This document shows positions 10,360 through 22,918 of a DNA stretch of 64,000 bases, one piece after another. The stretch's first letter is position 1. Every line of letters begins with the position of its first letter. The DNA lies in NCBI GenBank assembly GCA_965243135.1, contig OZ251539.1:4576001-4640000 (forward strand), read 5' to 3'. Both the position numbers and the translations under genes were made by a program. Origin of the DNA: Alphaproteobacteria bacterium (GTDB lineage Bacteria > Pseudomonadota > Alphaproteobacteria > MPNO01 > UBA830). Below the pieces are notes generated by a model. That model had not been told where the DNA came from. It was given only the letters and a program-made list of their open reading frames with translations, and searched no databases.

Positions 10360-10512
10360 ACGCGCTCCGCGAAACGAAGCACGCTCCTCCGTCCGGCCTG
10401 CCGGCGGCGTCGCGCGGTCGGCCGGCGCGACCGGCCCCGACGCCTGCGCTCGCCGGCTTGCCATGAATATCCGCGAACGGTATTCAATCCCCGACGCAAG
10501 GATAGGCATCGA

Positions 10513-12846
10513 ATGACGAAATTCGGCATCGGCCAGGGCATCCCGCGCTGGGAAGATCCCCGCCTTTTGCGCGGCGGCGGACGGTATTCCGACGATCTCG
10601 ACAGGCCCGGACAGGCCTACGGTCACGTATTGCGCTCTCCGCACGCGCACGCCGCGATCAATTCCATCGACGCGTCCGCCGCCGCGCGGACGCCGGGCGT
10701 CCTCGGCGTCTGGACCGGAGAAGATTACGCCGCCTCCGGCCTCGGGAACGTCCCCTGCGTCGTCCCGCGCCGAAGAGCGGACGGTTCGCCCATGTTCGTC
10801 CCTCCCAACGGCGGCCTGCGGCGCGGGGCCGTCAAGATGGTCGGCGACCCGGTCGCATGGATCGTCGCGGAGACGGCGGCGCAGGCGCGCGACGCGTCCG
10901 AACTGATCGAAGTCGACTACGCGCCTCTGGCATCGGTCACGTCGACGGCCGAGGCCGCGGCGCCCGGCAGCGCGACGGTCTGGGAGGAAGCGCCGGACAA
11001 CGTGTGCTTCGTCCACGAACTCGGCGACAAGGAGAAAGTCGAGGCGGCGTTCGCGCAAGCCCATCACGTCGCGAAGATCGACTTGGATATCTCGCGCGTT
11101 TCCGTCGCCCCCATGGAGCCGCGCGCCTGCATCGGCGAATACGACAAGCACGAGGGCCGCTACACGCTCTATACGGGCACCCAGGGCCCTCACGGCGTCC
11201 GGCAGGCGATCGCCGGACCCGTTCTCCGCGTTCCGCAGAACAGGCTGCGAGTGGTTTCCAAAGACATGGGCGGCGCGTTCGGCATGCGTTCGGGGCCCTA
11301 TCCGGAAAATATCCTGTGCCTGTGGACGGCGAAACTGCTCGACCGGCCCGTCAAGTGGACCGGCGACCGCACGGAGGCGTTCCAGTCGGACGACCAGGCC
11401 CGCGACAACCTGTCGACCGTCGAACTCGCGCTCGACGCCGACGGCCTGTTCCTCGGCCTGAGAGTCGTCACGGTCGCCAATCTCGGCGCCTATCTTTCGC
11501 TGCTCGGCCCCCACTCTTCGACGAACAATCTCGGTTCCCTTTCGAACACGTACAGGACGCCGGCCGTCTTCACGCGCGTGACGGGCGTCTTCACCCACAC
11601 CACCCCGACCGGCCCTTACCGCGGCGCCGGCCGCCCGGAGGCGGTCTACTGCGTCGAGCGGGCGGTCGACGCCGGCGCGCGCGACCTCGGCGTCGATCCC
11701 GCCGAAATCCGCCGCCGGAACATGATCCCCGAGATCTCGGAGCCCTGGAACACGGGGTTCCTGTTCACCTACGACTCCGGCGAGTTCGGAAAGAACATGG
11801 AGAGCGTCCTCGGCATGATCGATTACGCCGGCTTCGAGGACCGCCGCAGGGAAGCGTCCGCTCGCGGCATGCTGCGGGGCGTCGGCGTCGCGAACAGCAT
11901 CGAACAGGCGGCCGGCGGGCCGCCCGAATGGGCGCAGATCCGCATCGATTCCTCGGGCGCCGCCACGCTCATCATGGGCACCCACAACCACGGCCAGGGC
12001 CACGAAACGATATTCCGGCAGATGCTGTCCGACATGTTGGGACTGGAATTCGAACAGGTGCGCATAGCGCAGGGCGATTCCGACGTCGCGACGATGGGCA
12101 CCGGCACTTTCGGATCGCGTTCGTCGGGCGTGGGCGGCGCGTCGATCCGGCTCGCGGCCGACAGGATCGTCGAGAAATGCCGGATCGTGGTCGCCCACAG
12201 CCTCGAGGCGGCGCCGGAGGACATCGAATTCGCCGACGGAACGTTCGTCGTCGCCGGCACGGACAAATCCATGAGCCTGACGGACGCGGCGCGGATCGCG
12301 CACGATTTCATGACGGCGCCGCCGGGCTTCGAACTCGGCCTCGACGCCTGGGCGGCATGGTCGCCGCCCGCCCCGACCTTCCCCAACGGCGCGCATGCCT
12401 GCGAAGTGGAAATCGACCCGGAGACGGGAGCCGCGGAGATCGTTCGCTACTGCGTGGTCGACGACGTCGGCACGGTGATCAACCCGCTGTTGCTGGCGGG
12501 CCAGATCCAGGGCGGCGTCGTCCAGGGCATCGGGCAGATCATGACCGAACGCGTGTCGTGGGACCGGGATTCCGGCCAGATGGTCTCCGGCTCCTTCATG
12601 GATTACGCCATGCCGCGCGCCGACGACTGCCCCGCCTTCGAGATGGACGAGAACGAAGTCCCGAGTCCCACCAACCCGATGGGGATCAAGGGCGCCGGCG
12701 AAGCCGGATGCGTCGGCGCGATGCCGGCGGCGATGAACGCCGTCTGCAACGCTCTCGCTCCGCTCGGCGTCCGCGGCCTCGACATGCCGGCCACCCCGGC
12801 CCGCGTGTGGCGGGCGATCCGCTCCGCCGGGTCCGCCGTCGACTGA
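10513..12846 (+). CDS. Xanthine dehydrogenase family molybdopterin-binding subunit (form II CoxL-like)
   Basis: FGIGQ..R.ED.RLLRG.G.Y.DD, PYRGAGRPE, HGQGHET, KGAGEAG. Confidence 0.93.
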   Translation: MTKFGIGQGIPRWEDPRLLRGGGRYSDDLDRPGQAYGHVLRSPHAHAAINSIDASAAARTPGVLGVWTGEDYAASGLGNVPCVVPRRRADGSPMFVPPNGGLRRGAVKMVGDPVAWIVAETAAQARDASELIEVDYAPLASVTSTAEAAAPGSATVWEEAPDNVCFVHELGDKEKVEAAFAQAHHVAKIDLDISRVSVAPMEPRACIGEYDKHEGRYTLYTGTQGPHGVRQAIAGPVLRVPQNRLRVVSKDMGGAFGMRSGPYPENILCLWTAKLLDRPVKWTGDRTEAFQSDDQARDNLSTVELALDADGLFLGLRVVTVANLGAYLSLLGPHSSTNNLGSLSNTYRTPAVFTRVTGVFTHTTPTGPYRGAGRPEAVYCVERAVDAGARDLGVDPAEIRRRNMIPEISEPWNTGFLFTYDSGEFGKNMESVLGMIDYAGFEDRRREASARGMLRGVGVANSIEQAAGGPPEWAQIRIDSSGAATLIMGTHNHGQGHETIFRQMLSDMLGLEFEQVRIAQGDSDVATMGTGTFGSRSSGVGGASIRLAADRIVEKCRIVVAHSLEAAPEDIEFADGTFVVAGTDKSMSLTDAARIAHDFMTAPPGFELGLDAWAAWSPPAPTFPNGAHACEVEIDPETGAAEIVRYCVVDDVGTVINPLLLAGQIQGGVVQGIGQIMTERVSWDRDSGQMVSGSFMDYAMPRADDCPAFEMDENEVPSPTNPMGIKGAGEAGCVGAMPAAMNAVCNALAPLGVRGLDMPATPARVWRAIRSAGSAVD

Positions 12847-12857
12847 AGGAACGCGAA

Positions 12858-13445
12858 ATGGAGTTCGAAAACAGCTTCGAGGTGCCGCTGCCGCCCGACA
12901 GGGCATGGGCCGCCCTGATGGACATCGAAAGGATCGCGCCCTGCATGCCGGGAGCGGAGCTGACCGAAATCGTCGACGACCGCGCGTTCAAGGGGAAGGT
13001 TTCGGTGCGCCTGGGCCCCGTCGCGCTGACGTTTCAAGGGCAGGCGTCGTTCGAGGAAATCGACGAGGCGGCGCGGCGCGCGGAGGTCAAGGCGCAGGGG
13101 AACGACGCCAAGGGCCGCGGCGGCGCCCAGGCCAGGATCGCTTTCGCGCTGGCTCCGTCGGAGACCGGATCGACCGTGAACATACGCACCGACCTGCAGC
13201 TCTCCGGCTCGGTGGCGCAATACGGCCGGGGCGTCGGGATGATCAAGGATCTCGCGAGCCGGATCATCGGCGAGTTCGCCGACAATCTGGAGAAACGGAT
13301 CGAAGCGGAAGAGAGCGCGGCGGACGACGGCGCGGCGGAGCCTGAATCCGCGGCGCCGGCCCGGGTAGGCGGCATGGCGCTGCGGATCTTGTGGGACCGC
13401 GTCCTGCAAGCGCTCGGAAGCCTGTTCGGAAAACGCGGCTCCTGA
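12858..13445 (+). CDS. coxG: CoxG/SRPBCC family protein
   Basis: MEFENSFEV...W..L.DIERIAPCMPGA.L, G.V.V.LGP, GSVAQYGRG. Confidence 0.85.
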   Translation: MEFENSFEVPLPPDRAWAALMDIERIAPCMPGAELTEIVDDRAFKGKVSVRLGPVALTFQGQASFEEIDEAARRAEVKAQGNDAKGRGGAQARIAFALAPSETGSTVNIRTDLQLSGSVAQYGRGVGMIKDLASRIIGEFADNLEKRIEAEESAADDGAAEPESAAPARVGGMALRILWDRVLQALGSLFGKRGS

Positions 13446-13463
13446 CGTCGGCGAACGGACGGC

Positions 13464-13874
13464 CTACAGCTTCATGTGCCGTGCGCGAACGCCGCGCTGG
13501 ATAGCCGCGACGGCAAGCAGGTCGAGCTTCAGCTCGTCCGCCAGCACCTCCAGAAACCGGAGCTCTTCCTGGTTCGCGTGACGATCCGCGGCGACGATTT
13601 CGCAGGCGAACGCATACGCCGTCTCGTGCAGTCCCGGGGGAAGCGCTTCGCGGATGTTGCGCATGACCGCTTCGATTCCGTCGTCGCCCGCAAGGAGTTC
13701 GGCGCAGGCTTCCGCATCCGCGACGAGGTCGTCGGGATCGTACTCGTCGAAGGCCGGCATCCTTTCTACCAACTGCCCGATGCGAACGAGTTCGGAGTCG
13801 GTCATCTCGGCATCGATCGCGGAGGCGATCACCATCGTGAAGATCAAGGCGCGGTGCGGGGTTATCCTGTCCAT
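13464..13874 (-). CDS. TerB family (tellurite resistance-like) protein
   Basis: ALIFTMVIASAID..MTDSEL, ETAYAFACEIVAAD, EELRFLE, AAIQRG.RAR. Confidence 0.85.
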   Translation of the reverse strand: MDRITPHRALIFTMVIASAIDAEMTDSELVRIGQLVERMPAFDEYDPDDLVADAEACAELLAGDDGIEAVMRNIREALPPGLHETAYAFACEIVAADRHANQEELRFLEVLADELKLDLLAVAAIQRGVRARHMKL

Positions 13875-14236
13875 GGCGACTCCGCGGGGTTTTCCGGTTC
13901 AAAACGCGACCGGCAGATAAACGCCGGACCGTCGCCCGTCAAGCGGCAGCCCGTCGCTTTCCCGAAGCGACGCATCCGGAAGGCGCGGTCGACCGCGGCG
14001 GACGAACCGTTCCGCTTCGCGGCGAAACCAGGGCGAACGGGGCCGAAATCGCCGTCCGCCGGAGCCGCGTCTTCTTTTTGGCCGACCGTCTTTCCGGGAA
14101 GTTCGCGACGAGGCACGATAGCGGCAATGCAGGGGCGAACGCTCGCGCGGAACCGGCGCACCGCCGCTCGCCTTGGCCAAACTGCGGCGGCGAGGCGGGT
14201 TCGAAGGGGCCCGAGCAAGCGATGGAGGAGCAACCA

Positions 14237-14566
14237 ATGGCACTGCGTGAAGTAACGACAGAAGGCGTCGAACTCGCGATTCGGGAATTCGATCGGATCG
14301 GCCCGGACGCAATGCTGCGGAAGTATTCCGGGGGCAAGTCGACGAAATGGTACATCGAACGTCATGGAAAGCCGTACGATCAGAAACTGGTTTTGCGAGC
14401 GGCCCATGAACTGCAGGGGCTGGGACCCTTGCCCGCCGGACGCGGAACATTCACCGCGAGCGACGCGCAACGGCACTTGCGGAAACTCGGTTATCTGGTC
14501 GACAAGACCGCCGCCGCGCCCGGCCGTGCCGACGGACGGAACGCCGACAAGAAACCGCCCAAATAA
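14237..14566 (+). CDS. Small hypothetical protein resembling the ScoMcrA-type N-terminal head domain
   Basis: Strong RBS GGAGGAG at 14224-14230; VT..GV..AI.EFDRIG.DA.L.KY...S.KWYI..G..YD.K.....A pattern ending L.KLGY.V. Confidence 0.6.
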   Translation: MALREVTTEGVELAIREFDRIGPDAMLRKYSGGKSTKWYIERHGKPYDQKLVLRAAHELQGLGPLPAGRGTFTASDAQRHLRKLGYLVDKTAAAPGRADGRNADKKPPK

Positions 14567-14984
14567 TCCAGGGATGACGTTGACGAGAGCGCGAACCGGA
14601 GGCCTCGACCCTTCGGCGGAGTCGCTCGCCCGGAGCGGTCCGCGCGACGTATTTTGAACGGAGCGCCGCTCCGAAGACGGCTCTTCCGACCGGCCACCGG
14701 GCGCGCAAGACCGCTCGACTACCGGCGGTCGGACTCGGCGGCCTCCCGGCGCATGCCGACAAGTATGTCGCCGCACTGCCTCCGGTGCAGGAATCGTCGC
14801 TTTCCCGCGTCGCATTTCCGGGTTCGCTTCCGCTGAGAAAGATCGCCTGCTGCGGACGTTCTCCGCCATGCGGAAGAAGACAATCTCGCGACGGTCGCGG
14901 CCGACTGGCGTTGGCAGGATTCCGGACGGCGGTCCGCGAGCGATCGACGCCTTGCGAAGCGATCGATTTTGTCCGGCCGCCGTT

Positions 14985-15266
14985 TCAACGTCCGGTTCTC
15001 AGGTCGACGACGCCTTGCGACCGCCCGGTTCGCGCGTCGATGACGATCAGCCGCGACCGGCCGTCCGGCAATTTCGCCCGAACGACGATCCGATCGCCGT
15101 CGATTACGATATCGTCCACCGCCGCGCCTTGCGGCAGACTGATCGAACCGGCGTAGGGCGGAGCGTCGTCCCGGCTGTTGACGGCGAGAGCCGCCACGAT
15201 CAGCATCACGGTCATGGCGACGATCAGACCGCCCATGACGAGTGCGAGAATCTTGATGGTGCGCAC
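14985..15266 (-). CDS. Small membrane-anchored hypothetical protein (DUF6476-like)
   Basis: KILALVMGGLIV TM segment, SISLPQGA, VIDARTG; divergent from the RluA gene as is common in alphaproteobacteria. Confidence 0.65.
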   Translation of the reverse strand: MRTIKILALVMGGLIVAMTVMLIVAALAVNSRDDAPPYAGSISLPQGAAVDDIVIDGDRIVVRAKLPDGRSRLIVIDARTGRSQGVVDLRTGR

Positions 15267-15287
15267 CGAACCGGCCCCTGCTGCGCG

Positions 15288-16289
15288 ATGAAGGACGAAT
15301 CTGACTCCGGCGAGACGGTTGAAGCCGTCGTTCCGCCCGATGCGGCGGGCGAGCGCGTCGATCGCCTGCTTGCGGCCCTTCTGGCGGATCGCTCCCGTTC
15401 GGCGCTGAAACGCCTGATCGAGGAAGGATGCCTGACCAGCGGAGGCGAAACGATAGCGGAGCCCTCGCGCCGCGTCAAGCCGGGAGAAGCCCTGACGCTC
15501 CGCATACCGCCCGCCGCGGACCCCGAGCCCGCAGGCGAACGGATACCGTTGACGGTCGTTTTCGAAGACGAACATCTGATCGTGATCGAAAAGCCCGCCG
15601 GGCTGGTCGTCCATCCGGCGCCGGGAAACGAACGGGGCACGCTGGTCAACGCCCTGATCGCCCATTGCGGCGACAGTCTCAAGGGCATCGGCGGCGTCCG
15701 GCGGCCCGGCGTCGTCCACCGGCTGGACAAGGACACGAGTGGACTGATGGTCGCCGCCAAGACCGGACCGGCGCACGAAAGCCTGACCGCGCAGTTTTCG
15801 CGGCGCAGCATCGAGCGCCGGTACGCCGCATTCGTCTGGGGAGCGCCTCGTCCGCCGGAAGGCGAGATCGAGGGCAACATCGGACGCAGCGACCGCGACC
15901 GGAAGAAAATGGCCGTGCACCCGGCGCGAGGACGGCCGGCCCTCACGCGCTATCGGACGCTCGCCGTATTCGGCGGCGGCGCGGTCTCCCGCCTTGAATG
16001 CCGTCTCGCGACGGGCCGGACGCACCAAATCCGGGTGCATCTGGCGCACAAGGGGCATCCCGTTGTCGGAGATCCGGCGTACGGCGGCGGCGCGACCCGC
16101 GCGCGCAAGTCCGCGCTGCAACCCGAAGCGCTCGCGGCGGCGCTCGATCTTGGACGCCAGGCGCTTCACGCGGCGCGGCTCGGCTTCGTCCACCCGGCGA
16201 CCGGCGAGAAACTCGCGTTCGAGAGCGGCCTTCCGGCGGAAATCCGAAAATTCGAGGACGCCCTGACTGGAAATTTCGCTCGACGGTGA
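15288..16289 (+). CDS. rluD: RluA family pseudouridine synthase
   Basis: S4 domain, KPAGLVVHP, VHRLDKDTSGL, TGRTHQIRVH, RQALHA. Confidence 0.93.
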   Translation: MKDESDSGETVEAVVPPDAAGERVDRLLAALLADRSRSALKRLIEEGCLTSGGETIAEPSRRVKPGEALTLRIPPAADPEPAGERIPLTVVFEDEHLIVIEKPAGLVVHPAPGNERGTLVNALIAHCGDSLKGIGGVRRPGVVHRLDKDTSGLMVAAKTGPAHESLTAQFSRRSIERRYAAFVWGAPRPPEGEIEGNIGRSDRDRKKMAVHPARGRPALTRYRTLAVFGGGAVSRLECRLATGRTHQIRVHLAHKGHPVVGDPAYGGGATRARKSALQPEALAAALDLGRQALHAARLGFVHPATGEKLAFESGLPAEIRKFEDALTGNFARR

Positions 16290-16359
16290 TTATATCCGCT
16301 TCATCGCCTGCAGGCGGAAACTCGCCCCGGACGGAGCGAAAGCACAAGGGCATGGAGTC

Positions 16360-17247
16360 ATGAACGCCAACCTCCAGCCGATTCCGGCACTCGATCCTGA
16401 CAGCAACCTGTCGCGCTATCTGAGGGACATCAGGAAATTTCCGGTCTTGGAACCGGAAGAAGAGTACACGCTCGCCAAGCGCTGGAAGGAGCGCGAGGAC
16501 GCGGACGCCGCCAAGGCGCTCGTGACCAGCCATCTCCGCCTGGTCGCCAAGATCGCGATGGGATATCGCGGCTACGGACTGCCTCTCGGCGAAATCATCT
16601 CCGAGGGAAACCTCGGCCTGATGCGGGCGGTTAAGCGCTTCGAGCCCGAGAAGGGATTCCGGCTGGCGACCTACGCGATGTGGTGGATCCGGGCGTCGAT
16701 CCAGGAATACATCCTGCGTTCCTGGTCGCTGGTGAAGATCGGCACGACGGCGGCCCAGAAAAAGCTCTTCTTCAACATTCGGCGGTTGAAAGGAGAGATC
16801 CAGGCCCTCGAGGAAGGCGATCTCAGCCCGGAGAACGTCGAGAAGATCGCGGCCCGGCTCGACGTCGGCGAGGACGACGTGATCAGCATGAACCGCCGGA
16901 TGACGGCGCCCGACTCTTCGCTCAACGCGCCGCTCCGCGTCGATTCGGAGGGAGAGTGGCAAGACTGGTTGGTCGACGAGACGGAAAATCAGGAAACCGC
17001 GCTCGCCGAGCGCGAGGAAGCGGAAGAACGCCATCGCCTGCTGACGGAGGCGATGGAGGTGCTGAGCGACAGGGAGCGCAAGATCCTGATCGCGCGGCGG
17101 CTGCAGGAAGAAGCATCGACGCTCGAAATTCTCAGCAAGGAGCACGGAGTGTCGCGGGAACGAATTCGTCAGATAGAAATGCGCGCCTTCCAGAAACTGC
17201 AGAAGGCGATCCGGTCGGCCTCCGTCAACGAACGCACCGCCGCCTGA
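16360..17247 (+). CDS. rpoH: RNA polymerase sigma-32 factor
   Basis: SHLRLVAKIA.GYRGYGLP, FRLATYAMWWI, RpoH box QKKLFFN, VSRERIRQIE. Confidence 0.97.
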   Translation: MNANLQPIPALDPDSNLSRYLRDIRKFPVLEPEEEYTLAKRWKEREDADAAKALVTSHLRLVAKIAMGYRGYGLPLGEIISEGNLGLMRAVKRFEPEKGFRLATYAMWWIRASIQEYILRSWSLVKIGTTAAQKKLFFNIRRLKGEIQALEEGDLSPENVEKIAARLDVGEDDVISMNRRMTAPDSSLNAPLRVDSEGEWQDWLVDETENQETALAEREEAEERHRLLTEAMEVLSDRERKILIARRLQEEASTLEILSKEHGVSRERIRQIEMRAFQKLQKAIRSASVNERTAA

Positions 17248-17323
17248 CGACCGCGCGTCACGGTCCTCCCTGGCGCTCGAAGCGCCGCGCTCTCGGACTC
17301 TCTCGCCGGCGCTGCCGGCGGCG

Positions 17324-19773
<2,450 letters not shown>

Positions 19774-19821
19774 CGGACGCTCCCGAGCGGTTTTCCTAGC
19801 GGCGACCGTGCGGCCCGGCGA

Positions 19822-21399
19822 TCAGAACGCAAGCGTCCGGGCCTGAACGACGCCGGGAATCCTGCGGAGCTCCTCGAGGATCCCGTCCGGCCACGCTCCG
19901 TCGATCTCGACCAGAGCCAAGGCGTCGCCGCCCGGCTCCGTCCGTCCGAGCTGGAACGTGGCTATGTTAACTCCCGCCTCGCCGAGCGTCATGCCGAAAC
20001 GCCCGATGAAGCCGGGCTTGTCCTTGTTGACGACGTAGAGCATGTTCCGTCCGAGTTCCGCTTCGACCAGGATCCGGTTGATCTCGACGATCCGGGGCTT
20101 GCCGCCCCCGAACAGCGTGCCCGCTATCCGGTGCGACCGGTCCTCGGTTTCGACCGCGAGACGAATCAGGGACTGGTACTCCTCGCTGCGCTCGTGCCGT
20201 ATCTCGGCGACGTCGATTCCGCGCTCGCGAGCGACGATCGGAGCATTGACCATATTGACGCCCGCCATGAGCGGCGACAGCAGCCCCTCGAGAAGGCAGC
20301 TCGTCGCCGGCCGGGTGTTTATCTCCGCGGCATGGCCCTCGTACTCGACGGTCACCGACCGCAGCCCGCTCTCGATTATCTGGCCGGCGAAACTGCCGAT
20401 CTGGTTCGCGAGCGCCATATAGGGCCTGACGGCCGGCGCGTCCTCGGCCGAAACCGAAGGCATGTTCAGCGCGTTGATCACGGCGCCCGTGTCGAGGTAG
20501 TCCGACATCTGCTCCGCGATCTGCAGGGCGACCTTTTCCTGGGCTTCGGTCGTCGCGGCGCCGAGATGCGGGGTCGCCACGACCTGGGGCATTCCGAACA
20601 GGCTGTAGTTCTCCGGAGGCTCTTCCGGATAAACGTCGACCGCGAAGCCGCCGACCTTGCCGCTCTCCAGCGCCGCCTTGACGTCGGCTTCGACCACCAG
20701 TTCTCCGCGCGCGCAATTCACGATCAGAACGCCGTCGCGCATTCGCGCGAAACTCTCCGCATTGAGGATTCCGGCGGTTTGTTCCGTAAGCGGCGTATGG
20801 AGCGTGATGACGTCGGCGCGCTCGAACAGCGACTCCGGCGTCACCTTTTCGACTCCCATCGCAGCCGCGCGTTCGGGAGTGAGGTAGGGATCGGACGCGA
20901 TAACCTTCATCTTCAGGCCGAGCGCGCGGTCCGCCACGATCGATCCGATGTTTCCGCAACCGACGATGCCAAGGGTTTTGCCGGTCAACTCCACGCCCAT
21001 GAAGCGCGACTTTTCCCAGCGGCCGGCGTGGGTGGACTGGTCGGCCCGCGGAATTCGGCGCGCCAGGGAAAACATCATGGCGATCGCATGTTCGGCCGTC
21101 GTGATCGAATTCCCGAACGGGGCGTTCATGACGACGACGCCGCGCTCGGAGGCCGCGGCGACATCGATGTTGTCGACGCCGATGCCGGCCCGCCCGACGA
21201 CCCGCAGCTTCTTCGCGGCGTCCAGCACGGCGGCCGTCACCCGGGTAGCGGAACGCACGGCAAGGCCGTCATATTCGCCGATTCGGGCGACCAGTTCTTC
21301 CGGAGCCATGCCGGTTGCGACATCCGCTTCGACTCCGCGCTCGCGGAAGATCTCGACCGCGCGCGGGCTCAGCTTGTCCGCGATCAGCACTCTAGCCAT
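19822..21399 (-). CDS. serA: D-3-phosphoglycerate dehydrogenase
   Basis: GRAGIGVDN, TTAEH, GCGNIG, NCARG, TPHLGA, C-terminal ACT domain DKPGFIG. Confidence 0.97.
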   Translation of the reverse strand: MARVLIADKLSPRAVEIFRERGVEADVATGMAPEELVARIGEYDGLAVRSATRVTAAVLDAAKKLRVVGRAGIGVDNIDVAAASERGVVVMNAPFGNSITTAEHAIAMMFSLARRIPRADQSTHAGRWEKSRFMGVELTGKTLGIVGCGNIGSIVADRALGLKMKVIASDPYLTPERAAAMGVEKVTPESLFERADVITLHTPLTEQTAGILNAESFARMRDGVLIVNCARGELVVEADVKAALESGKVGGFAVDVYPEEPPENYSLFGMPQVVATPHLGAATTEAQEKVALQIAEQMSDYLDTGAVINALNMPSVSAEDAPAVRPYMALANQIGSFAGQIIESGLRSVTVEYEGHAAEINTRPATSCLLEGLLSPLMAGVNMVNAPIVARERGIDVAEIRHERSEEYQSLIRLAVETEDRSHRIAGTLFGGGKPRIVEINRILVEAELGRNMLYVVNKDKPGFIGRFGMTLGEAGVNIATFQLGRTEPGGDALALVEIDGAWPDGILEELRRIPGVVQARTLAF

Positions 21400-21453
21400 G
21401 ATTTGCTCCCTGCGACGCCTTCGTTCATGCGGCTTCTGCGAAGTGCCGGAAGA

Positions 21454-22608
21454 TCATCCGGCCTCGGCTTTCGCGACGGAATAGGCCCAGTCCAGCCACG
21501 GGAACAGCGCCTCCAGATCGGACGTTTCGACCGTCGCGCCGGCCCATACCCGAAGTCCGGGCGGAGCGTCGCGGTAGGCGTTGACGTCGTATGCCGCTCC
21601 TTCCGCCGCGAGCAGCGCGTCGATTCTGGCGGGCACCTTCCGCTGCGCGTCCGGATCCAGCGTCGCGAACCAGGGGTCCGCGATTTTCAGGCACACCGAA
21701 GTGGACGATCGCCAGGACGGCTCGGCCGCCAGAAAATCCGCCCATCCCCCCGCCCAGGAAGCGATCGCCGCGAGATTCCTCTCGGCGCGCTCGACGAGCG
21801 CCGGCAGGCCGCCGATACGCTCGGCCCACTTCAAGCCGTCCAGCGCGTCCTCGACGCAGATCATCGAAGGCGTGTTGATCGTTTCGCCCCGAAAAATCCC
21901 CTCGATCAGCCGCCCCGACGAGGTCAGCCGGAAAATCTTGGGCAACGGCCACGGCGGCGCGTAGCTTTCGAGACGCTCGACCGCCCTCGGAGACAGGGCC
22001 AGCATTCCGTGCGCCGCTTCCCCGCCCAGAACCTTTTGCCACGACCACGTCACGACGTCGAGCTTGTCCCACGGCAGATTCATGGCGAAGGCCGCCGACG
22101 TCGCGTCGCAGATGGAAAGTCCCTCTCGTTCGGCGGGGATCCAGTCGCCGTCCGGAACGCGCACGCCCGACGTGGTGCCGTTCCAGGTGAACACGGCGTC
22201 GCGGGACGGGTCCCATTGACGGAAATCCGGCAGCTCTCCGTAAGGCGCCTCGAAGACGCGCGAATCTTCGAGTCGCAATTGCCGAACCGCATCGCCGACC
22301 CAGGTCGCGCCGAAGCTTTCCCACGCGAACAGGTCGACGCCGCGAGCGCCGAGCAACGACCAGAGAGCCATTTCGACCGCGCCCGTATCGGAAGCCGGCA
22401 CGATTCCCAGCCGGTAGTCGTCAGGCAGGCCCAGCAGGCTGCGGGACCGATCGATCACCTCGGCGAGTTTGGCCTTCCCGGGAGGCGAACGATGAGACCT
22501 CCCGGTGAACGCGCCGACGAGCGCGTCAGGAGACCAACCAGGACGTTTGGCGCAAGGACCGGAAGAAAAATGAGGAACGGCGGGGCGCCGCCCCGGCTTC
22601 GCTTTCAC
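21454..22608 (-). CDS. serC: Phosphoserine aminotransferase (alphaproteobacterial type)
   Basis: [45 protein letters not shown]. Confidence 0.96.
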   Translation of the reverse strand: MKAKPGRRPAVPHFSSGPCAKRPGWSPDALVGAFTGRSHRSPPGKAKLAEVIDRSRSLLGLPDDYRLGIVPASDTGAVEMALWSLLGARGVDLFAWESFGATWVGDAVRQLRLEDSRVFEAPYGELPDFRQWDPSRDAVFTWNGTTSGVRVPDGDWIPAEREGLSICDATSAAFAMNLPWDKLDVVTWSWQKVLGGEAAHGMLALSPRAVERLESYAPPWPLPKIFRLTSSGRLIEGIFRGETINTPSMICVEDALDGLKWAERIGGLPALVERAERNLAAIASWAGGWADFLAAEPSWRSSTSVCLKIADPWFATLDPDAQRKVPARIDALLAAEGAAYDVNAYRDAPPGLRVWAGATVETSDLEALFPWLDWAYSVAKAEAG

Positions 22609-22615
22609 AATGAAC

Positions 22616-22668
22616 GCCTCCCCCTTTCAGAAGAGCTGCGATCCGTTGGGAGATCGTGGCCCGCCCGG
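22616..22668 (-). ncRNA. serC leader cis-regulatory RNA motif
   Basis: Minus strand GGGCGGGCC-ACGATC-TCCCAACG-GATCGC-...CTGAAAGGGGGAGG directly upstream of the serC start; a hairpin with a CCCAACG loop plus a CUGA.AGG element at the RBS, as in the alphaproteobacterial serC leader. Confidence 0.7.
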
Positions 22669-22918
22669 AATCTTAGGGGGCGGAACGAAGAAAACAATAT
22701 GCCGCGAACGTTTTTCGAGGCGCCGTCCGAACCGGAAAAATCGCCCGGCGCGTCCCGTGCGGGCGGACGCGACGACCTGCGCCGCAAAACCGCGGCTTCG
22801 CGACGGCCTCCCGAACCGCTTGCATGACACGGGACCGCGCGTTCACAATGAAGCGCTTGTCTTCAGGCGTTCCGCGGCCGCTCGCCGCGAACGGACCACG
22901 GAGGGGCGCGACGGCGGA

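Noticed and set aside
8962-12906. 1314-aa minus-strand ORF, and similar long ORFs at 4372-7644, 19165-22827, 22673-24853 and 25807-28047
   Set aside because: Antisense or off-frame shadows of well-supported genes; Arg/Ala/Gly-rich with no motifs, as expected in high-GC DNA
10513-13445. Aerobic CO dehydrogenase (coxL-coxG)
   Set aside because: Lacks the form I AYXCSFR motif and has no adjacent coxM/coxS; kept as a generic molybdo-hydroxylase
13464-13874. Tellurite-resistance (ter) island
   Set aside because: A single TerB-like gene with no other ter genes nearby
16267-16296. RpoH-type promoter (CTGGAA-N16-ATTATAT) upstream of rpoH
   Set aside because: Plausible autoregulatory site, but both elements mismatch the consensus; too weak to call
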